Shown here: one piece after another, positions 1 to 13,596 of the stretch | Numbering within the stretch: position 1 is the first letter of the stretch | Layout of the letters: every line of letters begins with the position of its first letter | Assembly: GCA_951406725.2 (NCBI GenBank) | Contig: OX597835.1 | Location: forward strand, 50,406,001 to 50,470,000 | Direction: 5' to 3' | Source of the DNA: Octopus vulgaris | Lineage: Eukaryota | Length of the DNA: 64,000 nucleotides | Translations under genes and position numbers: made by a program | The notes under the pieces: model-generated | What the model saw: the letters and a program-made list of their open reading frames with translations, nothing else | Database searches by the model: none | What the model was told of the DNA's origin: nothing

Positions 1-417
1 CTACCACATCTTGCCCAGCACCAAAATGTTGATGACTTTATTTAACAGTGTCAAGCCAGATTACAAGCAACTACCTCAGTGAGTAGCCTCCTCTTTTGTC
101 TCCTTCTCTTCCTCTTGCTTCTTTTGAATTTGTAGTCATTTGTGCATTGAATGAAATACTTTGCAGTATCCATTCCAGATTCTTGCATCCTGACTTCAAA
201 CCCTGCTGGGGGTCAGCTTTGCCCTTCATCCTTGCAGCATTGACAAAATAAGAAACCAGTTTCATGCAGTGGACTGACAGAATTATTAAAGTCTTAGACA
301 GGGTGCCTTGTGGTGTTTCCTCACTCACTTTATACTTTAAGTTCAATTCCTGCCATCGTATTTGAAATATATATATATTGATATTTCTTCTTCTTATTAT
401 TATTATTTGCTGATACA

Positions 418-632
418 AGGGTGGCAAACTGGCTGAACTGCTAGCATGCTGGCCAAAATGCTGAGCAACATTTCACTCATCTTTATGATCTGAGGTCAAA
501 TTCCACCAAGATCAACTTTGCCTTTCATCCTTTCGGGGTTGATCAAATAAGTACCAGTTATGCACTGGGGTTGGTGTAATTGACTTACACTCTACACCAA
601 ATTTGCTGGCCTTGTGCCAAAATTTGACACCT
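418..632 (+). mobile_element. SINE family A copy (core GCCTTTCATCCTTTCGGGGTYGATAAAATAAGTACC); further copies near 8283-8450(-), 8935-9110(-), 12337-12548(-), 37255-37466(+), 39378-39592(-)
   Basis: Dispersed repeat of about 210 bp seen many times in the window, with B-box-like GAGTTCAAAT and TTA-repeat tails. The core resembles the MetaSINE domain (from memory, unverified). Confidence 0.75.
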
Positions 633-689
633 ACAATTTTTACAAAACACTGTTTAATATTGTTTACATACATATATGTGTGTGTATAA

Positions 690-1015
690 ACTAGACTGGC
701 TCTCCCTCGGTTATGACAATGAAGGTTCCAGTTCCCCTGATCAATGGAACAGCCTGCTTGTGAAATTAATGTGCGAATGGCTGAGCACTTCAATAGACAC
801 ATGTGGACCCTTAACATAATTCTCAGGGAGATTCAGTGTGACACAGAATGTGACAAGGCTGGCCCTTTGAAATACAGGTACAACTCATTTTTGCCATCTG
901 AATGAACTGTGGCAGTGTGAAATTGAGTGTCTTGCTCAAGGACATAATACACCACTGGTTTTTGAACTCATGACCTTATGATTGTAAGCCAGATACGCTA
1001 ACCACTAATCCATGT
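690..1015 (-). mobile_element. tRNA-derived SINE family B copy; related copies near 5895-6145(-), 14030-14250(-), 23165-23350(-), 43030-43280(+)
   Basis: Shared segment GTGAAAT..AGTGYCTTGCTCAAG.ACACAA; A-box (TAGTGGTTAG) and B-box (GAGTTCAAA) on the minus strand. Confidence 0.7.
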
Positions 1016-2712
1016 GTGTATATATATATATATATATGCACACACTCGCATATACACATACATACTCACACACACATACACATGTATATATTTATATTAC
1101 ATTGTTTACCCCTCTGTGATACCAACTTATATTCTCACCACCACCACCATACACCTCACACTTTCTAGCAACCTACCCACCCATGTTATCTTCTTTCTCC
1201 CTTCCTTTTTCTCTCTCTCTCTCTCTCCCTTTCTCATCCTTCTCCTGTCTGCTATATTCTCATAATTACCAGCTGGCTCCATGCCATCAAAAATGACAGC
1301 TAATTGAAATATTTTATTTACAAATAAGGCACAAAACCAGGTTTTTTAGCTTAATAATACTTTTACTACCAAATTTTTTGTGAAAAATCTACTAAAAATT
1401 TCTTAATATAAATAAATTAGGGACATGTATAAACTGTTAAATTAAGATTGTGTATTTATAATATACCTTTCAACTGTAGCCGTTTTATATTTGTTGATAC
1501 AATCAGGCAATAATTATTATCTCTAATGAGTTTGCATTTGTATGTTTGTGTAGGTGTGTGATTGTAATAATTATTTTTAACACAACAGATAGAGAATATG
1601 GATGGTAAATCAAATTGATACACTTGTCAATGTTATCCAGTGGTTGTCTTTTGAGAGTTGACATCAATCATCGTTTGTTACTGAAAGAACACTGGTTCAC
1701 ACATACAAACATTCACATACTTCCCTTGGACACGCACACACATACACACATACACTCGCACAGAGTTGAAACACTGTTTGATTTTTCTTTTTAGTGTTGA
1801 ATGTTCACCATCTCACTTCCGTTGCACACACACCTCCCTTTTACACATACACACACACATGTACTCACACAAGGTTGAAATGCTGTTTGATTGTTTTTTC
1901 ACCGTAAAATTTCCATCGTCCCACTACCAGTTTGCCATCACCCCTTCCTTCCTTCCTTATTCATCTATCACTCCTTCTTTTCTCATTCATATGTTGTGAC
2001 AGAGAAAAACACCAGATTCTGTATTGTCAGTCATCACCCACTCTCTCCTACCTTCCCCACCCCTCTACCCTGGTCTCTGATTCACTACATCTAACCCTCA
2101 ATTCTATACAGGAATCACTTACTCTTCCCTATCTTCTTCCAGTCTATAGTTACCATCAATTAACCCTCAACCATTGTTCTTTATTCATTAGATTCACCTC
2201 CTCCTCACCCATTCCCCATCTCTAAGTTTCCCTAACTTTCCCCTACACTCTTGCAACTCCTACCCACCCCTATCCTTTCTTCTTTTGTCCTCACTCATTT
2301 CTATTCACCTTCTTATACCTTAAGGGTCCAGCCTGATCCCTTATTACCACTGTTTCACCTCTCTTTCCAGTTCTACCCTGATTAATCCCACCCATTCATC
2401 TATGAGCAGCCATGTAGCTCCCCTACAGCAAGAAACCTGTTCCGTTCTGGGCCCCTTCTTTAGTACCTTAACTCCTTGTCACTTGCTGTGAAGTCTCCTT
2501 CCTGTCTATTGTAGACTTACATAGTTGAAGTGAGGTTGCCATGCAGACTTGTAGGCTGTATAGTGACCTCACTAGTGCTGGTGCCACAAGAAAAGTACCC
2601 AGAGTTCACTCTCTAAAGTGGTTGGTGTTAGGAATGGCATCTGGCTATAGAAACTATGCCAAAGATATTATCTGAATCCAGCATTTACACACACACACAT
2701 GTATTCGTGTGT

Positions 2713-2748
<36 letters not shown>

Positions 2749-3018
2749 ATACATGTGCACGCACATAACAAGCACACATGTATACATACATATATCGGCA
2801 TTAATGTGTGTGTGTCTATAGTTATTATTTTCTATTTGTAATCCTCTTAAATTAGCAGAAATTTCTTTAAATTGCACACATTTACGCATATTCACTTGCA
2901 TATCCACACACACACATGTCCTACACAAACATGAACTCTCTTTCTCACACACACACAGTGATGCTACTTCAAGCCGATAATGTTGTTTGTATTTTTCTCC
3001 CTTTCGTTTCTTTACCAG

Positions 3019-3187
3019 ACACAAACTTGTTACCACACTTCCCTCCATCAAAGTGAACATATCTGATGAGCGTCTGCTAACACTTGTGGCATTTTTCAAC
3101 CATTTCCCTATTCCTGGCAGTTCCAGTATGATTACAATTGTTGAAGACTCTGTCGATGGCAATACATTGAACTGCCATCCAGAACTG
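3019..3187 (+). CDS. VPS13: VPS13 exon (window exon 1)
   Basis: tttaccag|AC...CTG|gtatgt; phase 2 to 0; HKLVTTLPSIKVNISDERLLTLVAFFNHFPIPGSSS...HPEL. Confidence 0.9.
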
Positions 3188-3812
3188 GTATGTAATCTTA
3201 ACCGTTCACTGACCTGTTTAACATTTAACATTTTGGTTAAAGTTCATTTATTTTTCAGTGTCTTATAAATTGTTCATCGTTTGTTTATGTCTCATTATCT
3301 TATTTAATTGTCTTACTTTTTGCTCAATCATCTTTGTCTTGTAATTTTGCTAATTTTTTCTTTAATGCTGATTACATTTCGATTGTTCATGATCTTGTAA
3401 ATTGTTCCTTTTTTGCTTGTTGTTCAGGTACTCTGCATTGTTTATCACCTTTTAAATTGCTCGTTGTCTCATTTAATTTCCATTGTCTTGTTTAATGTTC
3501 ATTGGATTGCTAGAAATTGGTTTCCCTTTTCATGACACTAGATTTTCTCTAATAGAATTTTACTTTTGTTTTAGCGTAGGGCAACTCTGACCAAGCCAAC
3601 ACAATCTATGAACAAAGGCATTGATCTTCTGTCATTTATTCAGTGTACCTGTCATTTATTCAGTGTACCTAAGACTACATTAACTAACATTTCTTTTGTG
3701 GAAGTCTGGTGTTATGTGATAGATATTTGGCTGCTATGTCTAGCAAGTTGAACCACCACTTAGAGATTTCCATTGACGCAAATGACATTTTTCAATGATT
3801 CTCATTCTACAG

Positions 3813-3960
3813 GACAAGAGACAAATTCAGCCAGACACAGAAATACCATTACTAAAACTGGTACGAAACAGTGTATTAGGTAGGGCTGTTGTTCACAAAT
3901 GCCCAGAAACAGTTCCTGATGGAATTTCTCCAGCTGAGGAACCTAACAGAGAAAATAGTC
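3813..3960 (+). CDS. VPS13: VPS13 exon 2
   Basis: ttctacag|GAC...AGTC|gtaagt; phase 0 to 1; DKRQIQPDTEIPLLKLVRNSVLGRAVVHKCPETVPDGISPAEEPNRENS; low-conservation linker, supported by phase fit. Confidence 0.8.
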
Positions 3961-4393
3961 GTAAGTAAACACACACATACATCACACATATACACACACA
4001 CAAACACACAGACCTGTACACACACACACACACACAAATGCATGCTCACAAATATATATACAGTATTATCAATAATATCAATATGCCAACTTTTCGTTGT
4101 TGTACGTACCTGTGTTACACTTACTTCAAAGGAAGAGGTAAAAAGGTTGAAGGGAGAAGTACAAAGGAAAATAGAAATAAAAGGTGTTAAGCAAAGGAGG
4201 TATAGTGGAAGTGAGTGGCAAAGCAGGAGAGAGGGGAGGGAAAAAAGCAGAGGAAATATAGGGCAGGGAAGAAGAAAAAGAGAGAGAGATTTAGAGAGAT
4301 AGATTGAGTGAAGGGAGTGGATAGTGAATAATATGGAGAATGGAACCCATTCTTATACAGAAAACGTCAGAAAACTTTTTTTGTTTTCAATGA

Positions 4394-5404
4394 TCTTTAT
4401 ATATATAAAACTGAGAATGTGTGTCTGTCTGTCTGTGTATTTCCCTAAAACTTGAGAACTACGCAACCAATTTCATTCAAATTTTACACATGCCTTACTT
4501 AGGGTCCGGGGAGTGTCATGGGCAAAGAAAATGTTCAACTTCTTGCCTAGAGCGAGCCCATAGCAATATCATATCTTCTCCACTATTTCAGTATTATGTG
4601 TTAAAAGTGAGACAAAAACATTTCTCTATTTTATGTCAGATACTTTCACTTTAACAATAAAAATAATAATAACAATTGAATTATATGTAGTAAGTAATAA
4701 TTAAAATCAAACTAAAGTATAATATAATCGTAACATAACAAAAGTAAAAATAGCAATTGGTATAAAATTGCATCAATGACTTGAACTTGAATAAGTGGTT
4801 TCACATGAATGGGAATAAATTAAAAATAAAATTAGCGTGCAGAAATGGAATAGTCCAGATGGATAATAAAAAATTAAATTAAAGAAAAGACTATTGTCTA
4901 TAAAGATTTGAACACATGGAGGAAAGCACCTTCGAAAAGTGTCTTGGTGCGACTAGGAAAGGTATCTAATCAGAGGTGGTAAATTCGCCACAATAGAAGC
5001 AAGGTTCAAATCAATGGAGCGTGCAAGGGAGTACTCGACTCGAACTTGCAAAGTGGAAATATTTTATTTTCACCTTTATATCTGGGACGTAGGACGTCCC
5101 GGAAAAAAAGTAAAAGTGCCCCCCCCCCCCTCCGAAGTAGAGGTAGGCTGGATTGTAGCCACACTTCTATACAAGAGGGAGGACAAGATACAATTGATCG
5201 AAATTACAAGAGACGGGCTAACAATTCCAGTCTGTTATATATTTTGAGTATTGTTATCACTAGCGATATCAAGATATAACTTTGTATTTTGTATTTTATG
5301 TGTAGATGTATATATATAGATGTACATGTAATATGTACACATATATAACACATATATACATGCACTAGCACTATGACCCGGCAACGACGGGTCTTTAATG
5401 CTAG
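4394..5404 (+). mobile_element. Non-autonomous Helitron-like element
   Basis: A|TC 5' end, subterminal hairpin GACCCG-gcaacga-CGGGTC (5375-5393), CTAG|T 3' end, no TSD. Confidence 0.75.
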
Positions 5405-5480
5405 TATATGATAAAGCTGCTGAAAATATAGAAATTGCAAAAAGAAATGTTGCTTATCTGTCTGACAGTTATTCTGTTTG

Positions 5481-5534
<54 letters not shown>

Positions 5535-6726
5535 AATAGCTCTGGATGATGTTGCTGTTACTTTCTACAGTTGAAGGGAGAGGTAAAATATTTATCAATA
5601 TTTTCAGTGTAGACTGATACATACAGCAAAACAAAAGTTGATACATAGATCAAAAGAAAAGTAGATACATTGAGACATACACACATTGTTAAATTAAATT
5701 AAAAGCAGGAGAGAGGAGGGATACAGAAGAAGTGAGAAAGAAAGTTAGAAAGTGAGAGAGGCGGTAGATGCATAGATCGAAAAAAAAGTTGATACATAGA
5801 TACATAGACACATTTTAAATTAAAGACAAACAGCTACAGCAAATATTGGATGTCATTTTCACTTTTCATTACCACACGAGGATAAAATCAACTCGCAAGT
5901 AGCTGAGTGCACCACAGACATGCATAGCATAACGTAGTTCTCAGGGAGATTCAGTGTCACACAGAATGTGACAAGGATGGCCCCTTTGAATTACAGCTAC
6001 AACTTATTTTTGCCAGCTGAGTGGACTGCAGCAAAGTGAAGTAGAGTACCTTGCTCAAGAATACAGCATGCCACTGGGAATCATACACATGACTTTAGGA
6101 TCATGGGCTGAATGCCCCTAACCACTGAGCCACGCATGTTCACTCTCTTAACTGCAGAGAAAAGGAGTGAGAGAGAAAGAGAAAGGAGAGCCTCACTCAT
6201 TTAAAATGATAATTAAACTGAAATATGATTGATTTTTTTCTGGTTTCTTTACTTTTAACAATGAAGAAGAGGGGAAAACATTTTGTAATGAATAGAGGGA
6301 AAGTCTTTCAGGTGTTTACATTTTTATTCTGGGAGTTCTAGAATGATCAACTGTTAGTTCTCTCTTCCTTCCCCCACCCCAGTACTTATTCGCCTTCTTT
6401 CATGGTTCTTCATGTCTTTTAGTTGGGACAGGGGAAAGCATGTTTTTTTTTTCAGGCATGTTTAATGTTTCCTCTACAAACTAGAAGCAAGCCCCTTCTC
6501 TTCCTTTTTTTTTCTCATACAAAAACTAATGCAAATTTCAAACGGGGTATAGCTGTGAAAAAAGCCCAGAAAAATGGGCAATACCCCTACAAAATGGGTG
6601 GGGAGAAAAATTGCCAACAGATGGCTACACGAAATTCAACCTTATACTTTAAAGAGTGTCTTCTACTATAGCCTTGGGCCAACCAAATCTCGTAAGTGGA
6701 TTTCATAGACAGAAACTGAAAGAAGC

Positions 6727-6783
<57 letters not shown>

Positions 6784-7809
6784 GTGGGGGGTATTTGTGT
6801 CTGTGTTTCCACCACCACCATCATTTGACAACCAATGTTGGTGTGTTTGCATCCCCATAACTTAGCTGTTTGGCAAAAGAGACTGATAGTATGAGCACCA
6901 GGCTTACAGGGAATAAGTTCAGGGGTTGATTTCTTCAGCTAAAGGGCAGTGCTCCAACATGGCCACAGTCAAATGAGTGAAACAAATAAAAGAATAAAAG
7001 AATACTAAAAGAATGTTCCGTACCACCAAACCAATATCTACGATGTATTTTAAGGCTAAATAGTAATTCTGTTTATGTTTGCGTAACTGAGATATTTTGG
7101 TTGGATTATCTAGCTATCAGTTTTACACATATTCTGTAACTGTCGCAATATAGAAATATGTCTGATGGCACCAGCACGCAATTTACAGATGCTTACATTT
7201 TTTATATTTTCTATAAAGTTTTCACTGGTCCAGCTTGTTATTATTATCTGCAGTCAGTCGTCATGGCAATGACTGTTCATGGCTTTGGAATGACTTGATA
7301 AGCTTTCTCCATACTGGTGAGGTTTGCGCTTGAAGTTGCATTTTATTAGGATCAACTCCTTTCCACTTCATATTCCTTTTTGCAGTATCTTTGAATCTCA
7401 GTCAAGGTTTTTCATGGTTTCTTTTCCCCTTGCACAGCTGGGAGTAAAGGAATTGTTTTGAGGTTGGGTGAGCTGGCAGTTCCCTGGCCGCCAATGTCTG
7501 TTGTCCATCTTGTCTTTCTATCCTGACGAATGTAAATTTCTATCAATAAAGATTTCCATCACAGGAGGCAGACCAGAACACACTAGGATCTTTTCATTCC
7601 TGATCTTGCAGGCACATATGCAGACATAACTGTCTCAGCTTATCTTGAGAAGTTACACTTCACAAAACCAAAAGGAATTGTAGTAATTGGAAAATCACAG
7701 TTAAACACACACACACACACACACACACAAATGACATCAAGATTCTATTTTCTAATTTCATTCTAATGTTGTTGTTTTTTTATTTTCATTTATTTTTTTC
7801 CTTAAGCAG

Positions 7810-7867
7810 AAGAATATTTTGGTTCAGCTTCTGAGAATTCAGACGAAGAATTACCATTACGTCACAA
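7810..7867 (+). CDS. VPS13: VPS13 exon 3 (58 nt, FFAT-like; alternative acceptor at 7807)
   Basis: T-rich tract, ttaagcag|AA...CACAA|gtaagc; phase 1 to 2, exactly bridging exons 2 and 4; EYFGSASENSDEELPLRH. Confidence 0.8.
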
Positions 7868-8459
7868 GTAAGCAATACATTAGTTTCTATTTCTAATGAG
7901 TAGATTTCCTTATTATATTGATTTAATTTCTTTAACGAGTCGACGTCCTGTGTGTTGTAATTAATTTTCAGTAGAGTCAAAATTTTGTAAGATATCTAAT
8001 TTTATATATATATATATATATTCTACAGATGTTAACTGACTGAAATCTTGGGATGTCATTCATGTAATGAGATCTGGATTAAGATTTTATTAAATATGTA
8101 AGAACACTTCAATATGCAAATCCTCAGACAGGTTGGAATGGAATATATGTGTGCGTGTGTATATATATATATATATGACACTTTGGGTAAGCGTCTTCTA
8201 CTATAGCTTCAGTCTGACCAAAGCCTTGTGAGTGGATTTGGTAGATGGTAACTGAAAGAAGCCTCTCATATGAGTGTTTAAAATTTTGGCTCAAAGCCTG
8301 CAACTTTGGGGCATGGGATAAGTTGATTACATCGACTTCAGTACTCAACCAGTACTTATTTTATCAGACCATGAAAGGTAAAGTCGACCTTAGTGGAATT
8401 TGGACTAAAAATTTACATTTTTAATTCAAAGCAAAATGCCACTAAGCATTGGAAGACAT

Positions 8460-8902
8460 TGGAAGCTGGATTTTGTTGTGGTGAATAAAAAACAAGACAT
8501 CGGAATCGGGACATTGTTGTGGTGAATAAAAAGCAAAGAACATGTATGATAATCGACATAGCATGCCCCGTTGACAATGTGAAAGAAGAGGAAAAAATAA
8601 ACAACTATGACAATTTAAAGTGAGAAATACAAAGGTTGTGGTCAATGAAGAGAGTAGACATGATACCTGTAGGAACTGGTGCACTTGGAAGTATCAGCAC
8701 TCAATTATTAACATGGCTGAAAAAGATTGGTGCAAGTGTGAAAGTAGAGCACCTATAAAAATTAGCATTGCTTGTAACTGCAAGAATTCTTTGCAGGGTT
8801 CTTGAAGCATGAACAGTAAACAAGTGTCACCTTAGTCTGCTGGCTGTGGACAGCTGACACTTTCAATCATACCCAGCAAAATAAGCTGTGAGTTTTAATA
8901 CA

Positions 8903-8903
<1 letters not shown>
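8460..8903 (+). mobile_element. 3' fragment of R4/Dong-like non-LTR retrotransposon (REL endonuclease)
   Basis: Translates RHRNRDIVVVNKKQRTCMIIDIACP.D...K..NYDNLK, a decayed PD-(D/E)xK motif, and ends in (TAA)n; homologous to 56177-56627. Confidence 0.75.
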
Positions 8904-8935
<32 letters not shown>

Positions 8936-9500
8936 GTTTTAAATTTTGGCATCAAACTCAGCACTCAACAGGTACTTAATTATCAACTCCAAAAGGATGA
9001 AAAATGAAGTCAGCCATGGTGGAATTTGAACTCAGAATGCAAAACTAGAAGAAATTACACTAAGCATCGTTTTGTCTGGTGTACTAACAATTCATTCATA
9101 GCTCACCAATAATAATGATGATGAGAATGATTGCTTATAATTTAGGGATACAACCTGTCATTTTATCACTTACCTGGTATAGACTGTGCATCCCCAAAGA
9201 GCTGAAAATCAAAGTTGACTTTGGCAGGATTTGAACTCAGAATGTAGAGCTGGATCGAACGCCACAAGGCTAAGCAGACAAAGCTTCTTCTCTCTTTTTA
9301 TTTTGTTTTTTAGTAGCGTATCTTGAATTTACATTATTTAATGTATGCCTTCAGGATATAGTTTGAAGGGTATTCAACTGCTATTTATTGTAGATCAAGC
9401 ATGCATTTTAATTTGTCGGCTCTTTGTTTTTATTTGTGTTGTTTTTAAGTGGTTGTTTCTTTCTTTTGTGATTGATGAGTATTTGTAATTTATCTTGCAG

Positions 9501-9739
9501 AACTTGTGACATCAAATCTGTCGATGACCATTCTTCAGCTTCAAACACCATAAAAGTCCTGACAAGGATCGTTCTTAACGAAGCTGTTTTACAATTATCA
9601 AAGAAGATCGACAGACGAGAGTCTCCTTACCTGATGTTCCGAATCAACAAATTATATGTAGATAGTGCAATAACAGTGTATGGAATGGTTGTCAATGCCA
9701 GTCTTGGTGGCATTGAACTAGTGGATAAAATTCATATTG
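9501..9739 (+). CDS. VPS13: VPS13 exon 4
   Basis: tcttgcag|AAC...ATTG|gtaagt; phase 2 to 1; TCDIKSVDDH...VLTRIVLNEAVLQLSK...VNASLGGIELVDKIHI. Confidence 0.92.
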
Positions 9740-11847
9740 GTAAGTGCACCCTATCTATCATTATCTGTCTGTGTGTCTGCCTCAACAAATTCCATCTGAC
9801 TCATGCAGGCTTTAAAAAGTGGACATTAAACAATTATTTTCATTGTTATTTGATGTACACTTTCGCACACCTTTGTGAGTCAGATGGAATTCATTGAGGT
9901 AGATTTTCTATGACCAGATCCCCTTTTTGTTGCCAATCCTCACCTGTTTCCAAGCTAGAAAATATTTTTCCAGGGCCATGCATTTTTTTCCAACAGAATA
10001 GTCAGAATGAACTGTACTGCTTGTGTGACAGTTGTACCTGTTGACAAGCATCATGTGACATCAAGACAAACTTACATACAAACACACACACATACACTCT
10101 CTCTTTCTCTCACACATGCACTCTTTCTCCCTCTCTCTCTCACATACACACACATGCACACACCAAAAAACAAAGAAAAGCTGAAAAAAGAAAGAAATAT
10201 TTATATACAATCTAGGTAAAAATATTCACTTTAAGCTGGTTGACATGCTAGCCATGTGTGTGTGTGTTTGTAAATATAGTATTGTACATCCCTATATATA
10301 TTTATGCATGAATATGTGTGACTATAAAGAGATGTATGTCAAAGAGCATCGGCTCAAAACATAAAAGACTTTTCCATTTTCCCTGAGCATCAAGCTAATA
10401 TGCTTGCTTGTTGTTCCTTCACCTGTCTTTGTTTTTCTAGAAATTTCTATGTGTTATTATACATCCACCTGTTTGTGTATAAATATATATCTGTGTATTA
10501 CTACACATATGCATGTGTGTGTGTGTGTGTGTAAAATGTAAATGTATGTGTCACTATATGCATGTATTTGAGTGTGTGTGCACATGTGTGTGTGTGTGTG
10601 CATGCATGTGTCAATTCAAAGAGATTTGTTAAGAGTTGAAGCCCATGAACATGCAGGATTGCACCGTTTGGCTTGATAGACCCACACACAACGGATAGTG
10701 AAGTAATCATAGACACCAGTTATACAACGATTATGCAAACTGGATATTATTGTTGGGTAATTCTCAATTCCAATTACTTACCAATGATCCAATTAATAGG
10801 GAACTCTTGGAGTGGTGCAAGTATAATAAAAAAAACAGATGAGTAGAGTTTAAATTTTGTGACAGTTGTTTCACTAGAAACCTTTATTTAATGTAGTTAT
10901 AATACAATATCTTGGATTACTTCGTACATTACATGAGATCCTGGTCTCATCAAATGTTATTTAAACATAGTCAAACCATGACTAGCCAACTAATTTTAGC
11001 AAGTGGAAGTACAATGATACTAGAATTTATGTACTTAGCACTAATAGTAACTCTAGTGACACTATCCAAAAACAACATAATAACGATCCTATTATCTTTA
11101 GCCAGGATGACACTATCAATCACCAGCACTATGTAATTTTAGGAATAAATTTCAATATCCTCTTAACAATATGTGTCTTACAAGAAATATTGTGTATAGG
11201 TGTAATGGCCATACAAAACTGAATACCTTTATTTAAATAGGTTCCATATCCTCTCCAATTAAACAAAGATAATATAATTATGTTCAAACCTTTAGAAGAA
11301 GAGATAAGGCTAAACTGACATCACTCACAGCAAAAATCTGGGAATTAAAAAAAAATGTTGAATTCCATATTATCTGGAGCATTGTGAAGCATGAAGAGTG
11401 ATTTAAGCATTTACAGATAATAATCATTTTATTCTTTAGTCTGTTTAGAATTTTTTTCCTTATAATCTTACAATTAAGATGGAATGGTAATTTGTAATTG
11501 ACCTGACCCTTTTCTTTTGTCTGTTTCTTTATTCATCTTTTTTGTATTTTGATTGTAATTGTATTCTGTCTGTCACTATGTCTATGAGTTTAGTTTTGTC
11601 TGTAGACTGTTGAAACCCTCACCTGAATCCATGTCACCTGGAGTATGGCATTATCACACTGAGTGAAATGAGGATAGGATCTAATGGACAAATTATTCAC
11701 ACAATCACCTGAGGAAGTGCATTTTGTAAGATGGATGTATGATAATGATTACACCCTCACCAATGCATTAAAGATGTCAAAATGTGTCAAAACAATTCTT
11801 GTGATTTTTAAATAAAAAATGTCTGCCATGTCATTTTCCTTCATGTC

Positions 11848-11897
<50 letters not shown>

Positions 11898-12012
11898 TGT
11901 GTGTTTGTGTGTGTGTGTGTGAGAGAGACTGTGTGTGTGTATATATACATGTATTTGAGTGCAAACATGCATTCCATGCCTGTTCTTATATTATTACTTT
12001 TGTCCATTCCAG

Positions 12013-12086
12013 GACCATCTGGAGAATATCTTGAATTGATACGAAGTAAATCCAATGATAACTTGGTATCCATCACTTATAGAATG
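12013..12086 (+). CDS. VPS13: VPS13 exon 5
   Basis: cattccag|GA...ATG|gtacgg; phase 1 to 0; GPSGEYLELIRSKSNDNLVSITYRM. Confidence 0.87.
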
Positions 12087-12280
12087 GTACGGAACAATTT
12101 ATCTGCCTTCTGTTTAGCTAATCTGATATTGTTGAGATATGGAATGGCTGACGGTCTTAGATTTAATTCATTGCTCTTCCCATATATAAATTATATCAAA
12201 CAATAGACCCTATTTGACCACATACACACACACACACACACACATGTATATTAGTAAAACAACAAGTAATGAAGAACACT

Positions 12281-12332
<52 letters not shown>

Positions 12333-12555
12333 CTTTTTTTCTACTCTAGGCACAAGGCCCGAAATTTGGGGGAGGGGACTAGTTGATTAGATCGACTCCA
12401 GTATGCAACTGGTACTTAATTTATCGACCCTGAAAGGATGAAAGGCAAAGTCGACCATGGCAGAATTTGAACTCAGAAAGTAATGACAGATGAAATACTG
12501 CTAAGCATTTTTCCCAGCGTGCTAACATTTCTAACAGCATGCTACCTTAATATAT

Positions 12556-12610
<55 letters not shown>

Positions 12611-12872
12611 TTACATGTTGCCAGTAGCACCCAAGAGTGACTTGATACACACACACACACACACACGTACATGCTCATATATATGTATACTTACATGTAT
12701 GGGCACATATGCATACACACATACATATACATGCATGATGACAGGCATATACTGCTATTATAATTTTCCACATTGACACAAATTTTAGTGGACTAGCATA
12801 GTTGACTGAATATTTAAAACTTAATAACAATGGTACATTCTGATATTTGATTCATATTGTATATTTTTTCAG

Positions 12873-13012
12873 ACTGATCCCAAATGTCCTGATTTTGGTG
12901 TCTATGGCTATGTAATACAAGGGGTACAATTAAAGATGGACACCATTTCATTTTTTCTCCACCAAGTTGGTATAACACATCTAAACACATACATGACACG
13001 TTTGATAAACAG
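12873..13012 (+). CDS. VPS13: VPS13 exon 6
   Basis: tttttcag|ACT...AACAG|gtaagt; phase 0 to 2; TDPKCPDFGVYGYVIQGVQLKMDTISFFLHQVGITHLNTYMTRLIN. Confidence 0.9.
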
Positions 13013-13022
13013 GTAAGTTTAA

Positions 13023-13596
13023 CCCTTTAGCATTCACATTACTCTGTCAAATGTAAAGGGTGAAGGATAAAAGGGTAAAGACCTCCTTTGGTCATGAATA
13101 ACCAGGGGATTGCACCAAGAAAGTTCACCTCCAAGGCACAAGTCTGGGCATGGTTGTTTCTATGGAAGACCTGCAGTTGCCCCTACATACCAGCCTCCCC
13201 TTCTCCATGCCACCAATGTTATTTAAAGGAAAGGCAAAGACCAATACAGCTTGGCACCAATGACATCACAACTCTACGGCTGAGTGAACTGGAGCAATGT
13301 GAAATAAAACGTCTTACTCAAGAACACAACACACAGCTCGGCTGGGAATCAAACTCATTACCTCATTATTGCGAGTCTGACGCTCTAACCACTGAGCCAT
13401 CTGCCTTCACATTCTATCAAATGTAATGCTTATTTATTCACATTGTTGTTGAATTAATCATGTATTATCTTGTAGCTTCTAGATTTCAAATGATGTGATT
13501 GTTTATCTTTAGGATGGCATTGTAGAGTCTGGCTGGTTTGAACTTAAAACAGGTAGACTATTTGGGCCTGATATGACCGGATTAAATGCTAAAGGG
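13023..13596. mobile_element. piggyBac-like MITE interrupted by a SINE; sister copies 16393-16608, 39842-40010, 40481-40687
   Basis: TTAA|CCCTTTAGCATT ... AATGCTAAAGGG|TTAA terminal inverted repeats with TTAA duplication. Confidence 0.8.
13057..13410 (-). mobile_element. Full-length tRNA-derived SINE nested in the MITE
   Basis: Minus strand A-box TGGCTCAGTGG and B-box GAGTTTGATTCC; flanked by a 16-bp TSD, ACTCTGTCAAATGTAA / ATTCTATCAAATGTAA. Confidence 0.8.

Noticed and set aside
71-427. 118-aa minus-strand ORF at the window start
   Set aside because: No recognisable motif; probably a decayed retroelement piece, but I cannot assign it.
2668-3231. 187-aa minus-strand ORF; similar antisense ORFs at 17462, 33966, 40935 and 61739
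   Set aside because: Antisense shadows of VPS13 exons extended through CA/TG repeats.
10335-10448. Additional hammerhead candidate
   Set aside because: Homologous to 48677-48800 but both catalytic boxes are mutated; kept only as supporting evidence.
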